Shown: positions 46,538 to 56,927, counted from the stretch's first letter. The stretch is DNA of 64,000 nt from Methanobacteriota archaeon (GCA_030594205.1 JAUVFR010000001.1:71870-135869); one strand, 5' to 3'. The notes: generated by a model not told the origin, from the sequence alone. Numbers and translations are program-made.

Positions 46538-47181
46538 CACCAGACGCCCCTCGAATCTCGAGAGCGCATCGAGTTGGTGAGGATTGGGTCCTTCACGAGG
46601 AGGACCTGATGGAGGCCGTCGACCTGCTGAAGGGAGGGGCCCTCGTCGTGTACCCTACCGACACGCTGTACGGCCTCGGCGCGGACCCGTACGACGATGC
46701 GGCCGTGCGGCGTCTCTACCGGGTGAAGCGACGTCCTAGGAGCGAACCGGTCTCCTTGGTCGTCGCGGACATGGCGGAGGCGGAGCGTCTCGCCCACCTC
46801 GTCGGACCGAGTAGGCGGCTCTGGAAGGCCTTCTTGCCGGGGCCGCTGACGCTCCTGCTTCCGACGAAGCCGGAGGCTCCACCCCCTCCCGTGACGCGCG
46901 ACGGGGTCGTCGGTCTGCGGTGCCCCAATCAGGCGATCCCTCGCGCCCTCGCCGACGAGTTTGGACCGATCACCACGACGAGTGCCAATCGCCACGGCGC
47001 GCCGGCACCCCGTCACGCGGAGGAGGCCGTGGCCCAGTTCGGGACGGAGGTGGATCTCTACATCGACGCCGGACCCTCGCCCTATGGCCTTCCGTCCACG
47101 GTCGTCGATCTTTCGGTGGACCCGCCAACGGTTAAGAGGGAAGGGGCCCTGACGCCGGACGAGCTGAACCTCCATGGATGA
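46534..47181 (+). CDS. tsaC: L-threonylcarbamoyladenylate synthase (TsaC/YrdC/Sua5 family, YrdC domain only)
   Basis: Motifs PTDTLYGLG, LVVAD, TTSANRHG and STVVD are present. The ATG overlaps the preceding stop (ATGA). Confidence 0.8.
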   Translation: MTPDAPRISRAHRVGEDWVLHEEDLMEAVDLLKGGALVVYPTDTLYGLGADPYDDAAVRRLYRVKRRPRSEPVSLVVADMAEAERLAHLVGPSRRLWKAFLPGPLTLLLPTKPEAPPPPVTRDGVVGLRCPNQAIPRALADEFGPITTTSANRHGAPAPRHAEEAVAQFGTEVDLYIDAGPSPYGLPSTVVDLSVDPPTVKREGALTPDELNLHG

Positions 47182-48082
47182 GGAGGCCCTCGCGAAGATC
47201 CGGCAGGCAGGCCGAATCGGACGTCGGGCCTTGGAGGACGGCCTCAACCTCATCCGGGAAGGGGCATCCCTCCTGGAGGTCGCGGAGAAGACGGAGGCGA
47301 GCATTCTTGACGCGGGGGCGTTGCCCGGCTTCCCTGTGAACATCTCCCGCAACGAGCAAGCGGCCCACTTCACCCCGCGGCACAACGACGGCGATCTCAC
47401 GTTCTCCCGAGGCGATCTCGTCAAACTGGACGTCGGCGTCCATGTAGACGGCTATCTGGCGGACAACGCCCGGACGAAGGAGGTGGGGACAAGGAACTGG
47501 ACCAAACTCATTCGCGCCGTGGACGAGGCCGTGGTTGCGGCTGCTGAGATTCTGCGCCCCGGAACGCCCATGCGCCTTGTCGGGGCCACGATTGAGCGGA
47601 CCATCCGGGCCCACGGTTTCCGACCGATTGAGAACCTCTCGGGGCACAAGATGGAGCCCTATCTACTCCACGGCCCCAAGAGCGTGCCCAACGTGGAGGC
47701 GTTGCGAGGGGAGCGTGCCCAGCAGACGGCGGAGGCGGGCGAGGCGTATGCCATCGAACCCTTTGCCACGAACGGTGCGGGGCGGGTGACCGGGGGAAAG
47801 AGCAGCAACATCTATCGGATCGCCAAGGAGGGGCGCAGCGGCGTGCCCGAGGCGGACGCGCTCATGGAGAAGGTCTACGCGGACTTCCGGACGCTCCCCT
47901 TCTCTGAGAGGTGGGCGCATCGGATCGACCCCAAGGCCCCCCTTCACCTCCGCCGTCTCCTGCGGAAGGGCCTCATCTCAGGCTACCCGATCCTGGTCGA
48001 AGCGGGCAACGGGATGGTGAGCCAGAGCGAGAACACCGTGGTGGTCGCCGAGGCGGGGACCGAGGTGACCACGGTCCTGTAG
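47174..48082 (+). CDS. map: Methionine aminopeptidase, type 2 (archaeal M24A)
   Basis: A pita-bread fold with metal ligands (DVGVHVDGY, H...E...E) and the type-2 insertion. The product is 302 aa. Confidence 0.9.
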   Translation: MDEEALAKIRQAGRIGRRALEDGLNLIREGASLLEVAEKTEASILDAGALPGFPVNISRNEQAAHFTPRHNDGDLTFSRGDLVKLDVGVHVDGYLADNARTKEVGTRNWTKLIRAVDEAVVAAAEILRPGTPMRLVGATIERTIRAHGFRPIENLSGHKMEPYLLHGPKSVPNVEALRGERAQQTAEAGEAYAIEPFATNGAGRVTGGKSSNIYRIAKEGRSGVPEADALMEKVYADFRTLPFSERWAHRIDPKAPLHLRRLLRKGLISGYPILVEAGNGMVSQSENTVVVAEAGTEVTTVL

Positions 48083-48161
48083 TTGCGGATTCGAGGAACA
48101 GCAGCGCAAGGTTTATGAGTCCCCCTCCGCATGGAATGAATTCCTTATCGGGGAAGGCGCG

Positions 48162-48452
48162 TTGAGCGAAATCAAACGAATCGTTCTTGACGTTCTGAAG
48201 CCGCACCAACCCTCGTTAATCGAGCTCTCTCGGTCCCTCGCGACCCTGGATGGGGTCTTGGGCGTGAACTGCGTCCTGGACGAGGTGGACCAGGAGACGG
48301 AGAGCGTCAAGATCACCATCGAGGGGACGAACATCGACTATGCCCTCGTGGAGGCGGTGATCCGGGAAAGCGGGGCCGTGGTCCACTCCGTGGACAGCGT
48401 GTCCTCGGGTCGCAAGATCGTGGAAGAAGTCAAGACCCCTCAGGACCTCTGA
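48162..48452 (+). CDS. DUF211-family small archaeal protein
   Basis: RIVLDVLKPHQPSLIEL...GVNCVLDEVDQETESVKITIEG...VHSVDSV matches the DUF211 pattern and the product is 96 aa. Confidence 0.7.
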   Translation: MSEIKRIVLDVLKPHQPSLIELSRSLATLDGVLGVNCVLDEVDQETESVKITIEGTNIDYALVEAVIRESGAVVHSVDSVSSGRKIVEEVKTPQDL

Positions 48453-48730
48453 GCCTTCAGCTCCTTGGCGACCGCGTGGAGGATGGCCGTCTTAGTGCCT
48501 CCTCCCACGATGAGGATGCGTCCCTCCCTCTTCGCAGGCCGCCTAGGATGCGCGGCGTGGGGTTCGGCCTCCACACGATAATCTCGTCGGCGGGCGGCCT
48601 CTACGAGTTCTTCGAGGGTGGGATCCCGCACGGCAAGTTTCGTCGGGACCCTTCTTCCTTCATGGCGGGAGGCCGTGGCGTCGAAGTACAAAGGGTAGAG
48701 AACGACAATCCGGTCGCCCCGAGATACCAC
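48440..48730 (-). CDS. srp19: Signal recognition particle protein SRP19
   Basis: RIVVLYPLYFD...EGRRVPTKLAV...LEELVEA...GRILIVGGGTKTAILHAVAKEL is collinear with archaeal SRP19. The probable start is the GTG at 48730, because the track ORF start overlaps rps8e. Confidence 0.72.
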   Translation of the reverse strand: MVSRGDRIVVLYPLYFDATASRHEGRRVPTKLAVRDPTLEELVEAARRRDYRVEAEPHAAHPRRPAKREGRILIVGGGTKTAILHAVAKELKAQRS

Positions 48731-48770
48731 GCGGGTCTTAGGACGGGTGCGGTAAAAAGGGTGTCGCGGC

Positions 48771-49160
48771 TTACTCCGGCTCCTCCAGGAGGACGGCGTG
48801 CACCGTCCCCACCTGGCCGGGTCGGGAAGTGACCCGGGCGACCCCGTTCTCCGTTTCGATCGTCGCACCGCGGGTCACGATGTTTCGGGTGACGTAGTTG
48901 GGGTTCGCGGGATTGGTCTTGACCGACAGGATGCGCGTGCGCTCTGTCTTGCCGGTCTGGGGGTTGAAGAGGTCCGCCCACTCCGCCCGTAAGAGGCGAA
49001 CCTTCCGGCGACCTCCGAGGACCCGGATGACCTTCCGGCGCTCCGAGCCAATGGTGGCGAACTCGCGCTCTCGCCCAATCTCCCGCCGCTTCTTCTTGGC
49101 GTGAGGGCGGCGCATGCCCCCGCTGGGCTTGCGGCGCGAGTGCTTCTGCCAGATGGCCAT
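48771..49160 (-). CDS. rps8e: 30S ribosomal protein S8e
   Basis: MAIWQKHSRRKPSGGMRRP is the characteristic S8e N-terminus. Confidence 0.9.
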   Translation of the reverse strand: MAIWQKHSRRKPSGGMRRPHAKKKRREIGREREFATIGSERRKVIRVLGGRRKVRLLRAEWADLFNPQTGKTERTRILSVKTNPANPNYVTRNIVTRGATIETENGVARVTSRPGQVGTVHAVLLEEPE

Positions 49161-49214
49161 CTCGTCCCACCAGGTTCGTTGGCGGGATAAAGCTTAGGGC
49201 AGGAGGAGGCCGGG

Positions 49215-50165
49215 TCAGAACCCGAGGACGATGCCGAAGTTGAGGTCGCCGTAGAGAAGGTAATACGAAGCGAGGTACGCCAGAATGGCTCCCGTGTTCA
49301 GGAGGGGCAGGCCTGCTTGCGGTCGTCCACCCAAGACGAACCGCATGAGGAGGGTGAAACCGAAGAGGGTGCCAAGCAGGGTTGCTAGGGCGACCAGGAG
49401 GTTCGCGCCCACTCCCAGGATCGTGACCAGAGGCTCCAGGTTTGCAAAGGCCGAGACAACCAGGATTCCCGGGATGATGATGTCCCCCAACCCCATGAAC
49501 ATCGCCGCACGCTCCTCCCCTGCGTCGATCTCTTCCTGCAACCCCGGTTGGGTCCGGAAGGAATAGGGGAGGGACTTGGGGATTACCAGAAGGATGGGAA
49601 GCCGAAGGCCTGTGACGGCGTTGGCCAGGGTGATCATGTGCTTCGTCCGATACACGGCCACGGCGTCGTAGATGGCAAGGCCGATGAGAAAGACCAGGGC
49701 CGGGAGGATGCCGAAGGAGATGCCAATGATGGCGGTCACTCCGGCGGCCACCGCGAACCCCGTGGCGTCCACCACCCACCACTCCGGATACTTCAACAGG
49801 GCGTAGGCCAGACCGAAGGAGAGGAGGAGGGTCCCCTGGGTGGCTGCGAGACTCGCCCAGGGTTCCGGAAGGAAGCCGAAGGCCAAAGCGAAGGGGATCG
49901 AGAACACGAAGAGCATCGTGATGGTGATTGCCCCGAGGATCACATACTTCAGGACGCCCTCCCGCCGCTTACGGACCAGGAAAAGTACGAACCCGGTGAA
50001 GGCGAGGATGAGGATGAAGTAAAACAGCGCGTTGGTGAGGGCGTTGGGATCCGGGAAGGCTTGGATGTCCGCCTCGAGAAAGGGAGCGGCCAGCGTCAGC
50101 GCCACCAGATGAGCCCCAACGAGCAAGCCCGCTAGGGCCAGGATGGCCCTGCCCTCCCGAGCCAT
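49215..50165 (-). CDS. Presenilin/signal-peptide-peptidase-like intramembrane aspartyl protease (A22 family)
   Basis: About 9 TM helices, a YD motif (LAIYDAVAVY) and a GxGD motif (FMGLGDIIIPG). The start is taken as MAREGRAIL. Confidence 0.6.
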   Translation of the reverse strand: MAREGRAILALAGLLVGAHLVALTLAAPFLEADIQAFPDPNALTNALFYFILILAFTGFVLFLVRKRREGVLKYVILGAITITMLFVFSIPFALAFGFLPEPWASLAATQGTLLLSFGLAYALLKYPEWWVVDATGFAVAAGVTAIIGISFGILPALVFLIGLAIYDAVAVYRTKHMITLANAVTGLRLPILLVIPKSLPYSFRTQPGLQEEIDAGEERAAMFMGLGDIIIPGILVVSAFANLEPLVTILGVGANLLVALATLLGTLFGFTLLMRFVLGGRPQAGLPLLNTGAILAYLASYYLLYGDLNFGIVLGF

Positions 50166-50166
50166 G

Positions 50167-50787
50167 TCACTCCGAGGCGAGCTTCGCGAAGGCCACGTTG
50201 CCGACGATCTTCTCCACCTCAATCTTGACCACGACGCCCTTGGTGGTCCCGGGTACGTAGATGACGTAGTTCTCCCGGCGGGCGACGCCGTCCCCCTTCT
50301 TGCCGATGTCCTGGATCATGACCTCATAGACCTTGCCCGTCTGGAGGATGGGCTCCTCCGTCTTGACCGCCTTCTTGATCACCCGCAGGGACCGCCGGGC
50401 TCCGCAGGCATCGCACTGAAGGATGGCGATGCGCCCTTCCTTCACGATGTGGGTATCGGGCCGATTGCACTCCGCGCAGAGGACGTACTCGTCGACGTAG
50501 CTCAGGATGCGCTTGTTGATCTTGTCGGCCGAGAGGCGCCCCTTGAAGAGCGCGCGCCGGTCCTCCAGGCTCCCCGAGGTGCCCAGCTCCTTGAGGAGGA
50601 ACGCGAAGACATCCTGGAGCTTGCGATTGATGGCGTCGGCGATGTCGGCGAAGTTCCGGAGGACCGTGGTCTGCCCCTCAAGGAGGACCTCCGCCTCCGG
50701 GACCTGGAAGCGCTCGCGGGAGATACTGGTCTCAGGGAGTTCCTTCTTGACGCGCTCCAGGAGTTCCTCGTAGGTGGGCACACCCAA
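50167..50787 (-). CDS. eif2b: Translation initiation factor aIF2 beta subunit with C-terminal TRAM domain
   Basis: The aIF2-beta N-domain (YEELLERVKKELPE), central domain and C4 zinc finger (CAECNRPDTH...CDACGARR) are followed by a TRAM-like OB fold (GKVYEVMIQDIGKKGDGVARRENYVIYVPGTTKGVVVKIEVEKI). The start is taken after the pyrG stop (TTG 50787 or GTG 50781). Confidence 0.75.
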   Translation of the reverse strand: MGVPTYEELLERVKKELPETSISRERFQVPEAEVLLEGQTTVLRNFADIADAINRKLQDVFAFLLKELGTSGSLEDRRALFKGRLSADKINKRILSYVDEYVLCAECNRPDTHIVKEGRIAILQCDACGARRSLRVIKKAVKTEEPILQTGKVYEVMIQDIGKKGDGVARRENYVIYVPGTTKGVVVKIEVEKIVGNVAFAKLASE

Positions 50788-50818
50788 ACCATTCGGGGGC
50801 GGCCTTATCAACTTTGGG

Positions 50819-52414
50819 TCAGGCCTGGGTAGCCAGCGCGGCCTGGACCAGTCCGTAGTGGATCGGGGACGGGCGCAGGGGTCGGGAGGTGAACTCCGGA
50901 TGGAACTGCGAGGCGAGGAAGTAAGGATGGCCTTCCAGCTCGAGGATGTCCATCCGTCGGCCGTCCTCGGACCGGGCGACGTACCGCAGGCCGGCCCCCT
51001 CCAGCTTGGACAGGAAGGAAGGGTTGATTTCGTACCGATGGCGATGGCGCTCGTAGATGGACGTGCTCCCGTAGAGCTCGTGGGCCTTGGACCCCTCTTC
51101 GATGACCACCTCGTGGGCCCCCAGACGCATCGTGGCGCCCATGTCCTCGACCCCCTGTTGCTCCGGGAGTAGGTCCACGACTGGGTAGGGCGTCTCGGGG
51201 TCGAACTCGCTGCTGTTCGCACCCTCTAGCCCGAGGACCGATCGTGAGAACTCGATGGTGGCGAGCTGGAAGCCGAGGCAGACCCCCTGGAAGGGGATTC
51301 CCTGTTCCCGGGCGTACCGAATGGCCCGAATCTTGCCCTCAATGCCCCGCTCACCGAAGCCGCCTGGGACGAGGATGCCCTGCGTTCCTTCGAGGAGCCC
51401 CACGCCGTCTTCTTCCAGGTCAACGCTCTCGACCCACCGGATGTTCACCCGGGCGTTGGCCTTGGCGCCGGCATGTTGGAAGGCCTCCAGGTGACTGATG
51501 TAGGAGTCTTGGAGGTGGGTGTACTTGCCCACGAGTGCGATCTCCACCTCGCCCTCGGGGTTCCGGAGGCGCTCCACGAAGGCCTTCCATCCCCCCAGGT
51601 CCTGGGACGTCCCTTCGAGGGCCATCTGTTTCAGCAGGTAGTCGGTCAGGCCTTGCTGCTCCAAGATCATCGGAACCTCGTAGATGTTGCCGGCGTCCGG
51701 GGCGCTGACGATGCCCTCGACCGGCACGTCACAGAAGAGGGAGATTTTCTGCTTCACGTCATCATCCAACTCGACGGGCGCGCGGGCCACGATCGCGCTG
51801 GGGTGGATCCCCGCGGCCCGCAGCTCCCTCACGCTGTGCTGGGTCGGCTTGGTCTTGGGCTCGCCTACCACAGGGAGGATGGGAACCAGGGTCGTGTGCA
51901 CGAAGACGCAGTTCTCCTTCCCCTCGTCGATGGAGAGTTGCCGCATGGCCTCGAGGAAAGGCATGGACTCGATGTCACCCACGGTGCCTCCGATCTCGAC
52001 CAGGGTGACATCCACCCCCGCCGACTCGGCCGCCTCCCGGATCATCCGCTTGATCTCGTCCGTCACGTGGGGAATGATCTGGACCGTGCTTCCCAGGTAG
52101 TCCCCGTGGCGCTCCTTCTCGATGGCCGCGAGGTACGCCTTCCCTGTGGTGATGTTGTGGTCACGGCTCAGCCTAACGTCCAGAAACCGCTCGTAGTTGC
52201 CCAGGTCGAGGTCGACCTCGCCGCCGTCCTCCAGCACGAAGACCTCCCCATGCTGGAAGGGATTCATGGTCCCCGCATCCACGTTCAGGTAGGGATCGAT
52301 CTTGATGGCAGTCACGGAGAGGCCGCGGCTTTGCAGGTTGCGGCCGATACTGGACGTGGTGATGCCCTTTCCCAAACCGGACAAAACCCCGCCGGTCACG
52401 ATGATATATTTCAT
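50819..52414 (-). CDS. pyrG: CTP synthase
   Basis: A 531-aa product with the N-terminal synthetase domain ([16 protein letters not shown]) and the GATase domain catalytic Cys (GVCLGFQ). Confidence 0.95.
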   Translation of the reverse strand: MKYIIVTGGVLSGLGKGITTSSIGRNLQSRGLSVTAIKIDPYLNVDAGTMNPFQHGEVFVLEDGGEVDLDLGNYERFLDVRLSRDHNITTGKAYLAAIEKERHGDYLGSTVQIIPHVTDEIKRMIREAAESAGVDVTLVEIGGTVGDIESMPFLEAMRQLSIDEGKENCVFVHTTLVPILPVVGEPKTKPTQHSVRELRAAGIHPSAIVARAPVELDDDVKQKISLFCDVPVEGIVSAPDAGNIYEVPMILEQQGLTDYLLKQMALEGTSQDLGGWKAFVERLRNPEGEVEIALVGKYTHLQDSYISHLEAFQHAGAKANARVNIRWVESVDLEEDGVGLLEGTQGILVPGGFGERGIEGKIRAIRYAREQGIPFQGVCLGFQLATIEFSRSVLGLEGANSSEFDPETPYPVVDLLPEQQGVEDMGATMRLGAHEVVIEEGSKAHELYGSTSIYERHRHRYEINPSFLSKLEGAGLRYVARSEDGRRMDILELEGHPYFLASQFHPEFTSRPLRPSPIHYGLVQAALATQA

Positions 52415-52450
52415 GATCCCAACGGGGAATTGGAATGGGCGGGAGGCGAT

Positions 52451-53230
52451 TTAAACGTTGTCACCGACCCCCCCCTCCTCCGTCGCGTGGGCCTCTAAGT
52501 TTTCCTGGATCGCACCGAGAACGCCCCGTAAGTTACCTGCCTTTTCGTAGGCGCCTTGGGCGGTCTCGGCCATCTCTGGCTCATCCTTTGCCTCTCTCGC
52601 AAAGGCCACCATGATCCGAAGGGCCCGGACCAGTTCGTCCACAACGGCCACCGTCGCGGCCCGGTTGGTGCGGGAGAGAGGATTCAAGTCGATGGAGATG
52701 ACAGTCTTGCCCATCCCGACGAGCACCTCGGCCCGGTCGCCGTCTTCCAGCGGGACGAGGACCACGTCGGCGTCATAGATTCCCTCGTGACTGGATAGGG
52801 CCCGGGGATGCTCGAGGCCCGGGAGGGAGGCGTCGGGGTTTCTCCCGAGGACCCGTCCAATCCCCCGCTCCTCTAGGAGGGCCACGAGGGCTTCAACCCG
52901 CTCCTCCGTTCGATGGAAAACATTGACCTCAACGCGGGCCCTCGTCGCCCTCGCCAGGTCGCCGATCTCGTCCGCCGCCAGGACGGCTACGTTGCCGTTG
53001 ACGGAGAGAAGGGGTCGGTCGGCGCGAAGCAGATAGGCGACCGCCGCCCGCGCGGCGACCTCGGCCTGTGGCAGGGTACGCTCGCCTAAGAGGTAGTCGA
53101 ACGCCTCCCCTCGTCCGTGGGCGATGATTCCCTCCCACGCGACGAGGCCTTCGCGGGCGGCCGTCACGAGCTTCTTGCGCGTCACGAGGGAGCGATAGCG
53201 AGGGTGGGATCGGGGGATCGTGGAGGCCAA
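52451..53230 (-). CDS. 4-Phosphopantoate--beta-alanine ligase (archaeal phosphopantothenate synthetase, COG1701/DUF137)
   Basis: IAHGRGEAFDYLLGE and a length of about 259 aa are typical of archaeal PPS in CoA biosynthesis. Confidence 0.7.
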   Translation of the reverse strand: MASTIPRSHPRYRSLVTRKKLVTAAREGLVAWEGIIAHGRGEAFDYLLGERTLPQAEVAARAAVAYLLRADRPLLSVNGNVAVLAADEIGDLARATRARVEVNVFHRTEERVEALVALLEERGIGRVLGRNPDASLPGLEHPRALSSHEGIYDADVVLVPLEDGDRAEVLVGMGKTVISIDLNPLSRTNRAATVAVVDELVRALRIMVAFAREAKDEPEMAETAQGAYEKAGNLRGVLGAIQENLEAHATEEGGVGDNV

Positions 53231-53347
53231 GCAACGGGCAAGCCTCGGCGCGGCTTAAGCCCTTGGCGCCTGCGCGGACGCACCTTCGTCCACCCCTCCC
53301 GCCATTAGGTTATTACCCACAGGTCCGCTCCATGAGGACGGGAGGAG

Positions 53348-54538
53348 ATGCTGGTAGGCATCGTTGGAAAACCCAACGCCGGGAAGAGCACGTTCTTCGC
53401 GGCTGCCACTCTGGCACCCGTCGACATCGCCGATTACCCGTTCACCACCATCAAGTCCAATCGCGGCATCGCATATGTGACCCGTCCCTGTCCCCACTCC
53501 GAGCTTGGCACGGAATGCAGCCCCCATAACGCGCCTTGCACGGAGGGAGTGCGCCTCGTGCCCCTCGACCTCCTGGACGTGGCGGGACTCGTCCCGGAGG
53601 CCCACAAGGGACGGGGCCTGGGCAACCAGTTCCTGGACGACTTACGCCAAGCGTCGGCCTTCGTTCACGTCGTGGACGCCAGCGGTGCGACCGACCGGGA
53701 GGGAAACATCGAATCGCCCGGGGACCACGACCCCACGGATGATGTCCAGTTCTTGGAGGACGAGCTGGCCTACTGGATCGCGGGCATCCTCGCCAAGGGA
53801 TGGGACAAGATGGCGCGTCGGGCGGAGATTGAGGGCGAGAACCTCGAGAAGCTGCTTTCGGAGAGGCTGACCGGCCTCGGCCTGCGGGAGGCCCAGGTCC
53901 ATCTCGCCCTACGGGACGTCGCCCTGGAGGGACCCCCGCGGCGTTGGAAGGAGGAGGAGCTTGTGCGACTCGCCCGGGAACTCCGACGCATCGGGAAGCC
54001 CATGATTCTCGCGGCCAACAAGGCCGACGTCGCACCGGAGGACGCCTTACAGAGCCTGCTCAACCTCCCAGATGTCCGCGTGATACCCACCTGCTCCGAG
54101 TGCGAGCTCGCCCTACGACGTGCCGCAAAGGCGGACCTTCTCGACTACGTCCCTGGGGCCTCCGCCTTCACGGAACGGACGGACGCGAGCCTCACGGGGG
54201 AGCAGAGGGAGGCGCTGCAGAAGATTCGTGGCTACCTCAATCGGCTCGGGTTTACCGGGGTCCAGCGCTGCCTGGAGGATCTCGTGTTTGACCAGATGGG
54301 CATGATAGTGGTTTTTCCCGTGGAGGACGAGAATCACTGGACGGACAAGGATGGGAACGTCCTGCCAGACGCGTTCTTGATGCCTCGCGGCAGTGTCACA
54401 AGGGACTTAGCATACCAGGTCCATACCGACCTTGGGGACAATTTCATCCGGGCGGTGGATGCGCGGACCAAGAGGGTCCTGGGTAAGGATTACGAGTTGC
54501 AGGATGGCGACGTGATTCGCGTCGTTGCGAGGTCGTAA
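53348..54538 (+). CDS. Obg-like GTPase/ATPase (YchF/OLA1-related, Ygr210 subfamily) with C-terminal TGS domain
   Basis: G1 (GKPNAGKST), G3 (DVAGLV), G4 (NKAD) and a C-terminal TGS (…GDVIRVV) are present. A Cys/His-rich insertion (CPHSELGTECSPHNAPC) follows G1. Confidence 0.8.
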   Translation: MLVGIVGKPNAGKSTFFAAATLAPVDIADYPFTTIKSNRGIAYVTRPCPHSELGTECSPHNAPCTEGVRLVPLDLLDVAGLVPEAHKGRGLGNQFLDDLRQASAFVHVVDASGATDREGNIESPGDHDPTDDVQFLEDELAYWIAGILAKGWDKMARRAEIEGENLEKLLSERLTGLGLREAQVHLALRDVALEGPPRRWKEEELVRLARELRRIGKPMILAANKADVAPEDALQSLLNLPDVRVIPTCSECELALRRAAKADLLDYVPGASAFTERTDASLTGEQREALQKIRGYLNRLGFTGVQRCLEDLVFDQMGMIVVFPVEDENHWTDKDGNVLPDAFLMPRGSVTRDLAYQVHTDLGDNFIRAVDARTKRVLGKDYELQDGDVIRVVARS

Positions 54539-54539
54539 C

Positions 54540-56927
54540 ATGACGGCGTACGACGTCCGGCTTCTGGCTGCCTCCTACCGTCGCGAAGGGGATGACGAGC
54601 AGCCTGTCATCGAGCTCTTCGGCAAGACCCGAGACGGACGGTCCATCACCGTGGAATACTGGGGTTTCCGCCCCTATTTCTACGCCGTCGAGCCCCCGCA
54701 GTCTCTCCGAGGCACCTTCGAGCGGGACCCCGAAGTGGTCGAGCTTCGGGAGGTCGAGCTCGAGGTGACCCCGTTGGAGAAGAAGGCTTGTGTCCAGGTG
54801 GTCATGCAGCACCCCTGGCGGACCCCGGAGTATCGAAACAAAGCCCGGCAGTTCGGGAGCGAGGTCCTCGCGGCGGACATCCCCTTCGTTCACCGCTTCA
54901 TCTACGACATGGACCTGGGGTCTTGTTTCCGGGTTGAGGGAGAAGAGACGGAAGGCGGCTACACAACGGAGATCGTGCTCCGCGCTGCCTCCTTCGAGCC
55001 ATGCGACCCGTTCAACCCCCCCCTGAAGATCCTCAGCTTTGACATCGAGAACAGCATCGAGGACGGACACCTCCTCACTCTGGGCATCGCCATGCGGGGT
55101 CCGGACGGCGACATCGAAACGCAGGCCCTCCGAGGCGGCGAACGGGAGATTCTCCGGGACTTCGTCACCCTGGTGGAGAAGGAGGACCCGGACGTGCTCA
55201 GCGGGTACAACATCGGCGGGTACGATATCCCGGTCCTCCTCGAACGCGCTCGAAAGGGGAATCTGGGCCCACTGGCCTTCGGCCGGGACTTCGCCCCCTT
55301 CCGCCAGATCAACGAGCGCATGTGGCGCCTCCACGGGCGGGTCATCGTGGACGCCTGGTGGAGCGCCCGGACGGACCTCCGGCCCAAACAGGAGACCCTG
55401 GACTACGTCGCCCGCAAGCTCTTGGGCGAGGGGAAGCAGGAGGTGGATCCGGCCCGCATGGACGAGGAGTGGGAACGGGATCCGGAGCGGGTCATCCGCT
55501 ACTGCATGAAGGACGCGGAACTCTCCCTCCGGATTCTCGAGAAGCTGGCGAGCGTGGAGAAGGGCCTGGATCTCGCCACGGTCTCCCGTCTTCCGTTGGA
55601 CGATGTCTTGAACGGACGCACGTCCAACCTCATCGATTCCCTCCTCATCCGGGCGGCGGATCGGAAGGCCTTCGGGGTCCCGATGACGCGGCGCCGGGGA
55701 GGAACCGAATCCATCGAAGGGGGGTACGTCCACACCATCGATCCGGGTCTCTACGAGTGGGTCGTGGGCATGGACTTCCGGGCCATGTATCCAAGCCTGA
55801 TCATCGAGAACAACATTTGTTTTTCCACCCTCCACCCGGACGGGGACATCGAGGGACCCACGGGGGTCCGCTTCCTGGGGAAGGAGAAACGTGAGGGCAT
55901 TCTGCCGCGCATCCTGGCGGAGCTGATGGAGCAACGGCAGGAAATTCGCGCCAAGGTCGCGGAGGGGGATTCGGAGGACGTAAAGGCCTACTACGGTCGG
56001 CTGGAGGACGCGGTGAAGGTCCTCATGAACGCATTCTACGGCGTCCTGGCCTCCTCCTTTTACCGCTTCACGAATCCGAAGATCGGCGGGAGCATCACGG
56101 CCTTCGCCCGGGAGAACATCAAGGACGTGATCCGACGCCTGGAGGCACGGGGGAACCGGGTCATCTACGGGGACACGGACAGCGTGTTCTTTTCCCCCGG
56201 GGCGGACACCTTGGACGGGTGCGTGGCGGAAGGCCAGACCCTGGCGGCGGAACTCTCGGGGCGCGGCATGCAGCTGGAGTTTGAGCGCGTGTTCCGAAGC
56301 TTCTTCTCCCACGGTCGGAAGAAGCGATACGCTGGGCAGGTCATCTGGCCGGAGGAGCGCCTGGTCGTTCGTGGGTACGAGATTCGGCGGACGGACGCCT
56401 TCGACCTTCAGAGCGAGGCGCAGACGGAGGTGTTGGAGCGGGTCCTCCGAAACGAGATCGAGGATGCCATCCAGTTCGCCCGGGAGACGATTCAGCGGGC
56501 CCAGAACGGCGAGGCGGAGGTGGAGGTGGACCAGCTCGTCATCTCGCGCACCGTGAAGGAGCCGGCCCAATACGTGAACCCCGACTCCATGCCGAACGTT
56601 CAAGCGGCCAGGAAATTGGAAGGGATGGGGTACGAGTTCGTGCCCGGCATGAAGGTCTCTTGGGTCGTCGTCAACGCCAAGAAGACCCCGATGGTGGTGG
56701 AGCCGTACGTCAGCGGACGGCCGTTCGAGGAGACGCCGGACTGGGGGTATTACGCCCGCCGAGTCGCCCAGACTCTCGGCTACATCACCGAGGTCTTCGG
56801 GTGGGACGAGAAGAGCCTTCTGGCGGGGAGCCAGCAGGTCACCCTCTTCCAAAAGGATTTCGGGAAGGAACCGAAGGCTGGCCCGCGGAAGACGGACCGC
56901 CCCCTCACGCTCGAGGACTTCATGTAG
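54540..56927 (+). CDS. polB: Family B DNA polymerase
   Basis: Exo I (FDIEN), Pol motif A (DFRAMYPSLI), motif B (KVLMNAFYG) and motif C (YGDTDS) are present. The ATG at 54540 follows the preceding TAA. The product is 795 aa. Confidence 0.92.
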   Translation: MTAYDVRLLAASYRREGDDEQPVIELFGKTRDGRSITVEYWGFRPYFYAVEPPQSLRGTFERDPEVVELREVELEVTPLEKKACVQVVMQHPWRTPEYRNKARQFGSEVLAADIPFVHRFIYDMDLGSCFRVEGEETEGGYTTEIVLRAASFEPCDPFNPPLKILSFDIENSIEDGHLLTLGIAMRGPDGDIETQALRGGEREILRDFVTLVEKEDPDVLSGYNIGGYDIPVLLERARKGNLGPLAFGRDFAPFRQINERMWRLHGRVIVDAWWSARTDLRPKQETLDYVARKLLGEGKQEVDPARMDEEWERDPERVIRYCMKDAELSLRILEKLASVEKGLDLATVSRLPLDDVLNGRTSNLIDSLLIRAADRKAFGVPMTRRRGGTESIEGGYVHTIDPGLYEWVVGMDFRAMYPSLIIENNICFSTLHPDGDIEGPTGVRFLGKEKREGILPRILAELMEQRQEIRAKVAEGDSEDVKAYYGRLEDAVKVLMNAFYGVLASSFYRFTNPKIGGSITAFARENIKDVIRRLEARGNRVIYGDTDSVFFSPGADTLDGCVAEGQTLAAELSGRGMQLEFERVFRSFFSHGRKKRYAGQVIWPEERLVVRGYEIRRTDAFDLQSEAQTEVLERVLRNEIEDAIQFARETIQRAQNGEAEVEVDQLVISRTVKEPAQYVNPDSMPNVQAARKLEGMGYEFVPGMKVSWVVVNAKKTPMVVEPYVSGRPFEETPDWGYYARRVAQTLGYITEVFGWDEKSLLAGSQQVTLFQKDFGKEPKAGPRKTDRPLTLEDFM

